Assembly (NCBI GenBank): GCA_002104905.1
Contig: MCFE01000701.1
Location: 1-43,881 of the forward strand
Source of the DNA: Basidiobolus meristosporus CBS 931.73
Taxonomy: Eukaryota > Fungi > Basidiobolomycota
Reading direction: 5' to 3'
DNA length: 43,881 nt
The notes under the pieces are model-generated. The model was given only the letters and a program-made list of their open reading frames with translations. It searched no databases and was not told where the DNA came from. Of the stretch, positions 23,384 through 34,645 are shown piece after piece (within the stretch, counting starts at the first letter, position 1; each line of letters starts with the position of its first letter). Position numbers and translations under genes: made by a program.

Positions 23384-26300
23384 CACCAAGAGCAAAAATG
23401 GCAAAGAATGCCTGGAAGGCATTAGATGACACCTACCAGTCATGTTCAGCTGCTAAGAAAATGTACTTGAGACAAAAATTCTTTACCACTTAGATGCTAC
23501 TAAAAGATGAAATGAAAAATTTAACTAACAGTATTTCCCTGCTGGTAGATGAAATGGAATCTTTGGGTGTACCAACTCCTGATGAGGATGTGATAGTAAC
23601 CATCCTCAATAGCCTGACAGATGAGTGTCAGGGCCTTGTATCAGCCTTAGAGTCCAGAACTGAGGATTGGACCTTAAATTATGTATGTGGAAGGCTCCTG
23701 GATGAAGAATTAAGGAAATCAAGCGCCAATAAGAAGGAAGAAGAAAATGCTTTAATAAGCAATGATAACCAACAAAGGAGGTACCCAAGACCCTACAAAG
23801 GCCACAGCAACCTGTTTTGCAACTACTGCAAAAGGAAAGTACACACATCAGACCGGTGTCTCAAAAAGTAATACAATCAGCAAAAGAAGCTTGAATATGG
23901 AAATGCTGCAACAATTGAAGATAGACTATTCATATGTGCACTAAATATGACCACAAACAAGGATTTTCAGATGTTTAATATTGACTCTGCAGCATCTCAA
24001 CATTTACTCACCAAAACGAACTTTTTACCCAATGTCAAGAAATTCCAATTAAGTAGGTTTTTATGGGTGATGATGGAACACTTAATGTAGTAGGAGAAGG
24101 AACTACCCAAGTAAACCTTAGAAGCATTGAAGGAAGTCATAGACTGACTTTTAAAGAAGTACTCTATGTACTGGATATAGCCAAGCACCTACCATCTGTA
24201 AGCAAGGCCACTGGAGTAGGACTTAATTTCAGCTTTGACAAATCTGGATGCAAGATTACAGATCAAGATGGTGCCCATATTGCTTTGGGTATCAGAGATC
24301 AGAATCTATACAAGTTAGTTTATATTCAAGCATATTTGGAAGCCAATGTAAGTAACTTGAATGAAGAAACACAAATGCTTTGGCACTGAAGATTCGGACA
24401 CATCAATTTTGATTATTTGTGCAAAATGATCAAAGATCAGCTAATTTCTGGCGTAAAACTGATCCCTAGCTGATTTGGAGCACTGTGAAGCCTGCGTATA
24501 TGGAAAACAAGTGAGACAACTGTTCAAGAGCTCTGAGTTAATCAAAACAAAGAAATAATTAGATCTAATTCACCCAGATCTGTGTGGACCTGTGCAAAAT
24601 TAGTCCTTAGGCAGGATGAAGTATTGAGTTGCTTTTATTGATGATTATACAAGATGCACATGGGTTTACTTCATTGAGAGAAGGGAAGAAGCTCTGTCTA
24701 AGCTCAGAAAGTTTAAAGCCATGGTGGAGAGAGAAACTGGTGAAAAAATCAAGAAAATACGCTCTAACAATGGTGGAGATTACACCTCAAAATTCTTCAT
24801 CCATTTCTGCAAAATTCATGGGATAAAGCAAGAGACTACTGTACCATATTCCCCACAGCAAAATGGAGAAGCAGAGCATGCTAATAGATCAATAATTGAT
24901 ATGGCAAGATCTAGGATCCATGATTGATAATTATCCTATAATTTTTGAGCAAAATCTGTTGCCACAGCTTTATACCCTAAAAATAGGAGTTATAACAGAG
25001 TATTTGGTGATTATACTCCATTTGAACTATGTTATGGATACAGACCAAGTGCAGAACTTCTAAGAATACTTGGGTCTACAGCATATGTCAAGAAACTGCC
25101 TGGAAATTAGTCAATATATGAGCCAAAAAGTGTAAAATGCATATTTTTGGGTTACTGCAATAGGTGTAAGGCATGCAGACTCAACAATACCAAAGCAAAG
25201 AAGCTAATCAAGTCCAGGGATGTGTTGTTTGATGAAAATTCAAAATTTTCACAAAAAATGACATCAGATGATGACAAAGATCTGATCTCAAATCCACCAA
25301 TTGTCAGGATTGAATCAGAGCAAAACAATGAAAATTTTCCACTCCAGAGGACTCTACAACCATGGTTCAGCCTGAAGCAGTGCCCAGGAATATCCTAGAA
25401 GTGATCATTCCAGTATCATATGCCCAGAGATCCAATTGGACAAGAAATAGCTCAGCTTACTATATCAAGGAGGGTACAAACTTAGCCTATGCCTATTCAG
25501 TCTATGTTGATGAACCCCAGACTGTAAAAGAGGCCCTAAATAGCCCTCAGAGAAAGTTTTGGAGATCTGCAATGACTGAGGAATATCAAGCCCTGATGGA
25601 AAATCAAACTTGGGACTTAGTCAAACCACCAACCAACCAAAGAACAATTGTATGCAGATGGGTCTTCAAGATGAAATACAGGGCTGATGGTGCAGTTGAA
25701 AGATACAAAGCAAGACTTGTGGCCAAAGGGTACTCTCAAACAAAAGGACTTAACTATACTGAGACCTTTGCACCAGTAGCCAAGTTTAATTCCATCAGAT
25801 TAATATTGGCTATTGCAGCCAAATATAAGTTTTTACTCATCAAATGCATGTAAAAACTGCATTTTTGAATGGATAACTTGATGAGGACATGTATATGGGC
25901 CAGCCTGATGGGTTTGTTGACCAAGATAACCCCCATTTGGTCTGGAAGCTTAAAACATTGCTCTATGGTCTTAAACAATAAGCAAAATCCTGGAATTACA
26001 AGATAGATTCTTATTTAGAATCTTTGAGTTTCTAAAGGAGTCATGCTGACTATAGTATATACAATAAGCCAGATAGAGCAAATCTAGTTTTAATAGCTCT
26101 ATATGAGGATGATCTTATTATCGCTATCAATAACCTAGAAACATTGGAAGAGACTAAATCCAGCCTATCTAAGGAGTTCAAGATGTCCAATCTAGGAGAA
26201 CTCAGTTACTACTTAGGGATTAAGCTCTCCATAGACAGAAGTACCCAGACTATTACCCTAAGTCAATCCATGTATATTCAAGATTTAATACACAAGTACA

Positions 26301-27296
26301 AAATAGAAGACTATAAACTGGCAGCTACCCCAATGGAGACAAACCTTAACTTGATCAAAACTCAACCAAATCAAGAGAGCTTGGTGCCATCTGAGAGCCC
26401 TGACTTTCCTTATCAATCTTTGGCTGACAGTCTGATGTATATCATGCTTGGAACACGTCCAGATATCTCATATTCAGTGGGAGTTGTCAGCAAGCATAAT
26501 CTGAACTATAGACCTGATCATATTGCAGCAGTTAAGAGGATTTTAAGATAACTAAAAGGAACTGCTGATATCTGCCTAAGATACACTGAAAAGAATTCAG
26601 AACAGGATTTTGTGGGATACTCTGAAGCTGATTGGGGAAGAAATCTGGAAGACAGAAGATCCACCACAGGATACACCTTTCTTTTCTGTAAAGTAGCAAT
26701 CTCATGGAATTCAAGAGAGCAACCAACTGTAGTACTTTCTACCACAGGAGCAGAGTACATGGCAGCCTGTGAAGCTAAAAAAGAAGCAATGTGGTTAAGA
26801 AAGCTTTTCTCAGATTTAGGCCTATGTCAAAAAATGTCTATTACTTTAGTTCAAGATAATCACGGATGTATATAATTAGACTTGTTCCATTGTGCCATTG
26901 ATCATAGTGCCAGAAAGTGCTGTATATTTTGTTATTAATTTGCTACTTTAGGGTCATATGCATGTCAATTTTGATCCCAAATTGGCACTGTATGGCACCA
27001 TCTGGCACTCTGTGGCATGATCAGGCACCATCTGGCATGCTATGGCACTATTGGGCACTATGATCAGCTGGAATGATGGAACAAGTCTATTAAGTAGATA
27101 TCCAACTTTTCATGCTAGTACTAAGCACATAGATATTAGACATCACTTCAAATGTGAAGCTATACAGAATAAGTTAGTTAGCTTAGTTCACTGTCCTTCA
27201 GATGAAATGGTTGCAGACATATTTACCAAACCATTAGCTAGAGACCAGTTTGAACATCTTAGGTCAAAATTAGGACTAGCCAGTATGAACATTTAG
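23384..27296 (+). pseudogene. gag-pol: copia-2 gag-pol remnants
   Basis: FCNYCKRKVHTSDRC, IDSAASQH, PQQNGEAE, YKARLVAKGY, GYSEADWG, STKHIDIRHHF. Confidence 0.88.
26878..27088. mobile_element. 211-bp MITE in copia-2 RNase H
   Basis: Perfect 13-bp TIR AGACTTGTTCCAT, 3-bp TSD ATT (26875-26877 and 27089-27091), inverted TGGCAC subterminal repeats. Excision restores the GCI-x-LSRYP reading frame. Confidence 0.85.
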
Positions 27297-27307
27297 CGGA
27301 GTGGGAG

Positions 27308-27657
27308 TGTTGCAAAAGCTTGTAATTCCACCTTAATATTCACCTAACTTAGTTGCTTATATCATTACCTACAAGTCCTAGAGAATACTGACCAAATTCC
27401 TTGTCAGGATTTACTTAGAATATTTTCACCAATATACCAGGTACCCAGAACATGAAAATTCCCAAGTTTGTCCAAACAGCCCCAAACTTTGCACACATAT
27501 TCTTGGGACCTTCCTTAGCCTATTCTACATGTCTGTAATGCCAAGACCATGTAAAAGTATAAATACTACTTTTACATTCAATAAATCATTAAGTGAAAAC
27601 CACATAATCTACTTGTCCTCCCAAATCACTTCCAATATCTCCAAGACTCTTACAACA
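27308..27657 (+). repeat. copia-2 3' LTR
   Basis: TGTTG...CAACA directly after the PPT and the pol stop. Confidence 0.88.
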
Positions 27658-29080
27658 GCATATTTGTAGGAATGTTGATTGGAGCCCCTGAGAAGTACTT
27701 GGGGTAGCAGATACTCTGTAATATCTTGCCAATTCTTTCAAGCTTCTCTGGCATCTCAAAGGGCGCATTTAGCTTGAAATGCCCCATGTACAACTTGGTC
27801 ATCATCATAGGGATATTGTTGGAAAGCAAATGCATTGCTCCCAGTGGAATGCTTTTGCTCCAACAGATGCCCTCTATCTTAAGCATCTCTAGTTTCTATT
27901 TAGTTCCATATTCTTGCTGATGACTTATTGCTTGCCAACTTTGCTGCAATTGCATGCTGACTTCCATATGTTCCCTATGTGAAAGATGAAGCTCTTAGTG
28001 TTAGTGATTGCGTAATGGAGTAAGGCCCCTGGACCTCACACATATGACAACAATACCATCCATTTTGCCTAGAAAAGATGGCAATCTTACTGATGACTGG
28101 TGTATCTTCAATGCAGATAGTAATATGTGCTTTGACATGATGGCCATTTACCTTTATCCCATAGGAAATTGTAGAAAACTCATCCAGCATTAGATACAGG
28201 TAGCTGTACAGGTTGGGCAATGATATAGGCCCAGATACCAGTGAGACTATCATCATATTTCCGCTCAGATACTGTAAGATAGGTGGCAGATTAAGGTTGA
28301 GGATAATCAGTGGTAAGCAGGATTTGCCAGCAGAGTACTTTTTTAATGAGAATCCATCAAGTGCTAAGGCAAAGGCATGGTGATACATACCTTCAGAGTA
28401 GCCCTTGCTTCTTAGCTGTTTGCAATGTTTGCCATCAGATATGTTGGATGTGTTTGTGCTTGAATCATACTGAGTGTAGTACTTGATAGTTTCACAATAT
28501 TTGTCAGACTGTAGAAGCTTCTTTAGGAAGGGTATTACTGAGATATATGCAGAGTGTGAATGATGCTTTCCCTCAATGGTGATGGATTTTGGACAAGTTA
28601 GACACCTTGGAATGGTGGCATTTTCTGATGTGAATGCCATGCAGCTTTTAACACATGTTGATATCAGGACAGTCTTGGGGTCATATATTGCCAGCTGCAT
28701 GAAGATTGTCTATTTATATTATGCACACAGTAAGTTGCATCCAAGGATGATTTTGGCATGAAGTTATAGTAGATCCCCAAAGCCCCCATTACTGAAATTA
28801 GTAGAAACATGCCACTTCTCTTGCTACAACATTGCATCACTCACCAGCATATGGATTACTGGGCTCACTTGACTCCTTAAAGTATCCTTGTAATTCTCTT
28901 TCATGGGTGTTGTCTCATTGCAGGAAGGGATTTTGCTACGCTCATGCATGGTACTGTTGTCACAGGAGATAGGCTCACAATCCATCAGTAAGCCTGCTTC
29001 TTCAGAGCTATCACTCTGCATGCCATATTCTGAAGGCTGGGATGAGCCTAAGGGTGTCACAAGCTCACCTGACTCAGTAT
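27658..29080 (-). mobile_element. Older CACTA copy, left part B (transposase 5' half); continues at 40531
   Basis: ORF 27975..28700 has CVKSCMAF, ALDGF, NLNLPP, EDTP. Colinear with 30570-32005. Confidence 0.9.
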
Positions 29081-29399
29081 CCCTATGAAAAATAATTTGG
29101 TCCCATGGGTGGATTCAATCCAGATCATCTGTCAAGCTCCTGTTTAGAGACCATCATAATAGCAGCAGCTTGGAATTAGTAACCCTCCTGACAATCTTAT
29201 AACAAGATCATGAAGGTGTTTTGCTAATTTTACTGCCAAATAATGGGACAAAACTTGACAATTTTTAATTGGTGCTGTGACAATATTTGCATGGTATTGT
29301 TGCAGTCTTTCAGCGCTGTATTACTATTTTAAGTGGATCCAGTTAGCCAGGACTTCCAATTGCCTTATATGGCAAGTAACTTGACATTATTTTGACGGC

Positions 29400-32240
29400 C
29401 TCACAGCAAGACTCTGATGGCATTTTTTTGGCAGTATGATGGCCTACCTCTGGTTCTGTATAATGCTACTGTATCAATTTACCAAGTGGTATTTCCTTTT
29501 TCTACCTCCCCTGGTGCAATTCATATATTCCACTGTAGAATCACCTCTCTTTATTTGCTTACCCACTACTGCCTTGAGTATTCCACATATAGTTTGAACC
29601 AAAAATAACTATGGCCTCCTGCTTACTAACCTCTATAAACACGCACACCTGCCACAATTGACATACTTCTATCACCTCAACTTTATGGATTTTTAATGTG
29701 ATACTTGCAAAGTTGCCATATACCTTGTACTGCTTGTAGCATATACATCTTGCAAACATATGCTTGGTTGTTGCCACTTCTGTCATGAATACTTCCTGAA
29801 TATTGGCAAAGAAATTCTTGGTATTTAGCCAATATATTCCTTCTCCCTGCTGGATTCTAGCCCATGTTATAGGTGCACTCTGGCTTTTGTTTGTGTGAAT
29901 TCCATACTGAATGGTGTAGAAGTTAGCTTGTGACCACAAGAAATCCGGCATTTCTTGGTGGAGTTTTCCTGATAAAAATTAGTTGCTTGTTGCACCCAAC
30001 CCAACTTTGTATTACTTAACTGATTACCCACACATTGGGGCTGCTTAGCTTCTTAATGCCCTAGGTATAGGTGTCTCCATGTGGGCATTTGTCCTCAGTA
30101 TTTTCCAACTCTTTCTGGCTGTCCTCCATGTGCCAACTCATCACATCCATGACGGGCTTGAAGGTAGTATTCTTGATGAGATTGGGATATGGTAGTACCT
30201 GCAACTTGACTTGTCTTCCTATCTCCCCACACATCCACTGCATAGGAAACTCCCAGGAGGTGAAGCAAGGCCCAATATTCTCCACACACTGTGCAAGATG
30301 GAGTAGATAATGGATACAGTTGTGGCAGAGATCAATGTGTTCAGCTTTATGTTTGTGGTATAGCCGCTCAAATCCCATTACAAACTCCTCACACAACAGC
30401 TGTAGATGTGTCAAGTTGGCATTGGTGATCCGCTTTTGGATAAATATTTCTACAATGTACACATATGACTCCCAGTGCTCCCAATGTACTCTTGGTAGGA
30501 AGGGGTTCAGAGCACCACTTGAATAAATGCATATCCAGTTCTTCCAGTCTTTGCATTTGTATTGTTGCATATGCGTATGAATATTAATTGGAGCCTGTAA
30601 GAAGTACTTAGGGTAGTGGATACTCTGTAATATCTTACCAATATTTCAAATTTCTCCAGTATCTCAAAGGGCTCATTTAGCTTGAAATACCCCATTTACA
30701 ACTTGGTCATCATTATAGGGATATTGTTGAAAAGCAAATGCATTGCTCCCAGTGGAAAGCTTTTGCTCTAACAGACACCCTCTATCTCAAGTATCTCCAG
30801 TTTCCAATTTATTCCATATTCCGGCCAATGGCTTATAGCTTGCCAACTTTGCTGCAATTGCATGCTTACTTCTGTATGTTCCCTCTGTGGAAGGATGATG
30901 TTCTCAGTGCTGGTATTTGGGTAATAATAATGTGTGTGAGCTATGAAGTAAGTCCCCTGGATCTCACACATTCAACAGCAATACCGTCCATTGTGACCAG
31001 AAAAACCTACTATCTTGCTGATGGCAGGGGTATCTTCAATGTAGATAATAATATGTACTTTTACATGATGGCCATTTACTGTTAACCTGCTGGAAAGCAT
31101 ACAAAATTCATCCAACAATGGATACAGGTAGCTATCCAGGTTGGACAGTGATTCAGGCCCAGATACCAGTAAGACTACCATCAGATTATTGCTCTGATAC
31201 TGTTGGATGGGCGGCAGATTCAGATTGATGAGAATCAGTGGCCAGCAGGATTTGCTGGTAGAGTACCTGTTTATTGAGAATCCATCCAGTGCTAAAGCAA
31301 AGGCATGGCCATACATACCTTCAAAGTAGCCCCTGCTTCTTAGCTGTTTGTAATGTTTGCCATCAAATATATTGGATATGCTTGCACTTGATTGATACTG
31401 AGTGTGGTACTGTATAGCTTTGCAATACTTGTTGGACTGCATCAGCTTCCTCAGACAGGGTATGACCGGAATATATTGGGAGTGTGAACAATGTTTTCCC
31501 TCAATGGTGGTGGATTCCTGACAATTTGGACACGTTGCAATGGTAGCATTTTCAGATGTGAATGCCATGCAACTGTTAACACATGCTGGAATCAGGACAG
31601 TCTCTGGATCATATGTTGCCAGCCACATGACAGTTGTCCACTTGTACAATGTACATGGTAGTTGCATCCTGGTATGATTTTGGCAAGAAGTAGTAATAAA
31701 TCATAAAAGCCCCCATTACTGATATTGGTGGAAACACACCACTTCTCTAACCACAACATTACATCATTCACCAGTAAATGGATTACTGGGTTCACTTGGC
31801 TCCACAAAGTATCCTTGGCATTTGTTTCAACAGGTGTTGTCTCATTGCATATAGCAATTTGACTGGGCTCATATGTAGTACTGTTGTCAGGGGAGATAGG
31901 CTCAAAATCCATCAGTGAACCTTCTTTGTCAGAGCTATTACTCTGCATACCATATTCAGAAGGCTGAGGTGAGCCTAAAGGCGTCACAAACTCACCTGAC
32001 TCAGTTTGCACAAGGTGACAAAGATGGCCAGGTGCCAAAATAGATGTATCAACTAGCTGGCAAGATGATGTTGGTACAGTAGTGACCATATCAATGGTCA
32101 AATATGACTTGGGTAGCAAAACACTGGCCATGATCCTTGTAATACTTCCTATGCTGTCTGCATGCTTCATGGCTGAGAGGCTTGCCACAATAGCCTCATG
32201 GTCCTTTTTCTCTTCTCTTATGGCATTGAGTCAAAGTAAT
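29400..32240 (-). pseudogene. Tnp2/Transposase_21-type CACTA transposase, fragmented; ends approximate and introns possible
   Basis: CVNSCMAF, CPNC, IFDG, ALDGF, WPLILINLNLPP, SGP, LDSYLYPLLDE, EDTPA, GHNG..C..C, HYLLHL, WEFPM(Q/E) motifs. Confidence 0.88.
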
Positions 32241-32470
32241 CTTATTTATGAGGCAAACAGTTTGACCTTCCACAACATAATGCTATTCTATTACTTTTTG
32301 GTCAATACTCATGTGAACTTAAGACAGTCTTGTATTTGAGATATTGCACCTACATGTATGTAAGATTAATGATGACCTGCCATAGTAAGCATTATAAACA
32401 AAGTTGTGGCACCACATGCACATGTATATGTAACACTATTTCCCCTTTGGCTTGACTAACTTCCATATAT

Positions 32471-33435
32471 ATGCCACCAAAAAATAAAGCAAAGTTGTCT
32501 GGTTCTCAGCCAAACCCCACTGCTGATGGCAACAGAAGAATGGTTGGACAGCAGCTTGCTTTGACACTCAGTGCAACAAGTGGGGCTACATCCAAAAAAG
32601 GCCCTGTGGACAGTGTGCCCATTGAAGGTAATAATGCGGACTCCTCAGGCTCTCAGTCAAGTAGGCAATTGAGAACCTCTGCAGAGCCACAAGCTGACTG
32701 TTATGCTCAGGCAGATGAGAATGTAGCAAATGCAGTACCCTCAATTGAAGATCAGCAAGTGGCCATGATAACATTACCACCACCCATATTAGCAAGTATG
32801 TTGCCAGCTCATACCAAAGCATTAATGAAGCAATTAGGAGCAGTGGCTGATAGGATAGATGCAATGGCCCAGAGAAATCAGGAAGTAGTCCAGAAACAGG
32901 ATGAGTGGATAATATGTGTAGAGCAATCAATATCCCAGGTAGAGAAAGCAGTATCTTTGCTGCAAAGATGGAACTCAAGTAGCTCAATGTCACAGTCAAA
33001 AATTGAGCCATATCCCAATGTAACAGCAGAGGAACACCGTACAGTTTTTGAAGCACAACAACAGTGCCCAAAGATAAAGCCCAAAGAAAAACCTATCACA
33101 TTGTGGGAGGGAGACAATGTGGTGTTTATACCAAAGCCTAAAAATCAAAAGACATTGCAGATCCATGAAGCCGTTGAGTGCAGTAATGAAGAGTGGGCTA
33201 ATATACAAGAGGCCGTCAGAAGTCTAGCATGCCATCACCTTAAGGCTGGCATACCATGGGACCATCAGGAACTCAAGGCCAAGCAGAATGCACTTGACTT
33301 CTTCCATGAGCATTATCCTGGATTCAAACAGGCAAACAGATTTTGGGCCAGCATTGGTATGCTAAAAAGTATCTTAAGAAAAGCAGAAACTATCAAACGC
33401 AGAAGAACAAGGGTGCCATGGCTAAAAACCAGCAG
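32471..33435 (+). CDS. Uncharacterised CACTA accessory protein, 5' part, open up to the gypsy-2 insertion; continues at 38408-38425 and from 39106
   Basis: ORF MPPKNKAK... with homologous decayed copies at 739 and 40938. It has a probable coiled-coil and a Trp-containing helical segment; function unknown. Confidence 0.75.
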
Positions 33436-34505
33436 TGTAGTGGGGTGACAGTGACATTCACTGACAGATGTGCTCATTCCCTTATTTTCTACTTCCCTAT
33501 ATCTCTACTACACTTATTTTAGTTTTATCCCATTTGTCTTACACAATCAGTACTATCCCTAAAGCTGGTTGACTATCACACCTGCTTACCTTATTGCATA
33601 AGTTACTCCCACTTTATGTAAGATTACTAGCTATAAGTGCTTCTATATTAGGCAAGTACCTGTGCCAGTACCTGTGACACATGATCAACCTGTGTCACCA
33701 TCCCTACCATTTCCATAGCATATATGGTATCCCTATGTTACACAGGTTTCAGAATACTAATTTCTGATTGGTTGGATGTGCTGTGCCTCTTAGAACCTTC
33801 TGGCACCTACTTAGAACATTCTTAGGTCATTCTGATGTCATTAAGATTTCTATTGATATCCGGAACCTTCTGGAACACCATGATTAGTAATCACTTAGCC
33901 AGTAAGAAAAGTATATAAGGGAGGCTATCCCTCAACAATAAATCATCATCCCTTTTATCAATATACCAACTTGTTGATTAGTGTGATCACTGCTACCTGC
34001 TGCTACCTGAACTTCCAATCCCAGACCACAGGACACTCCCAGGAAACTGTGCTGACAGCCAACTGACCTTGGAGGCACTACTTGTGAGGAACACTCAGAG
34101 TAGATATCTTTTATTATATTTGATTCTTTCCCCAGTTTGTTCTTGTACAGGCAAAGATACTTTTCTGTCTTTGTAACTATTGACCACAGCTGCATTCTTA
34201 TCAAGTCCCTGCTGGTGGAGTTTACAGTTCTTTTGACTTTGAAAGCTTTAGGACATAGTCATCTCAAAGGACGCTGAACCCAGCACATACTTTTGTTAAG
34301 ACACCAACTAAGTTGGGGATTGTAGCTCAATAGTTTTCCCTTGACAAGCTTGTGGCTTTATTTCCCTTCACATTAGATTAGAGACAGAACCCAAGTATTC
34401 CTAGCAAGCTTTTGCCAGAGGTTATTGCACCCAGTGAGCACCCCACACACAAAACACTTGAGAAGTGTTGGACGTATCTCTCCCTTGGACCTATACACCA
34501 CCACA
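33436..34505 (+). repeat. gypsy-2 5' LTR (1070 bp)
   Basis: TGTAGTGG...CACCACCACA; the last 202 bp recur at 38203-38403 with about 6 differences. Confidence 0.9.
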
Positions 34506-34509
34506 TAAT

Positions 34510-34527
34510 TGGCACCCAATGTGGGGG
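34510..34527 (+). promoter_or_regulatory. PBS complementary to tRNA-Lys(CUU), CpG-decayed
   Basis: TGGCACCCAATGTGGGGG versus the canonical Lys1,2 PBS TGGCGCCCAACGTGGGGC; both internal mismatches are at CpGs. Confidence 0.85.
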
Positions 34528-34645
34528 GTTCATACATGCTCCCTAGGACCCAACAAGATTTTCCTGAAGATTTGAGCTATTATCCACTTATTGAAATGAG
34601 ACTACCAATATTATCAAGATTACAACACCAACCTACCTGCCCAAA

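Larger units (their letters stand above)
19551..27657 (+). mobile_element. Old Ty1/copia element (copia-2), heavily decayed and possibly chimeric
   Basis: LTR-like repeats 19551-19895 and 27308-27657 (about 75% identical), decayed PBS, gag start near 19927, pol remnants 23390-27296, PPT GCGGAGTGGGAG. Flanks CTATA and GCATA do not match. Confidence 0.85.

Noticed and set aside
5428-26760. Antisense ORFs opposite RT and other pol regions (e.g. 5866..6180, 22460..22768, 25754..25978, 26518..26760)
   Set aside because: They are shadow frames of retroelement coding sequence with no independent motifs.
26983-27060. CRISPR-like array or satellite
   Set aside because: The units are 6-bp motifs with 4-bp spacers inside a TIR-bounded MITE, in a eukaryotic TE context with no cas genes.
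32471-33448. 325-aa ORF as a complete host gene
   Set aside because: Its last codons (VVG*) come from the inserted LTR, and it lies inside TIRs in several TE copies.
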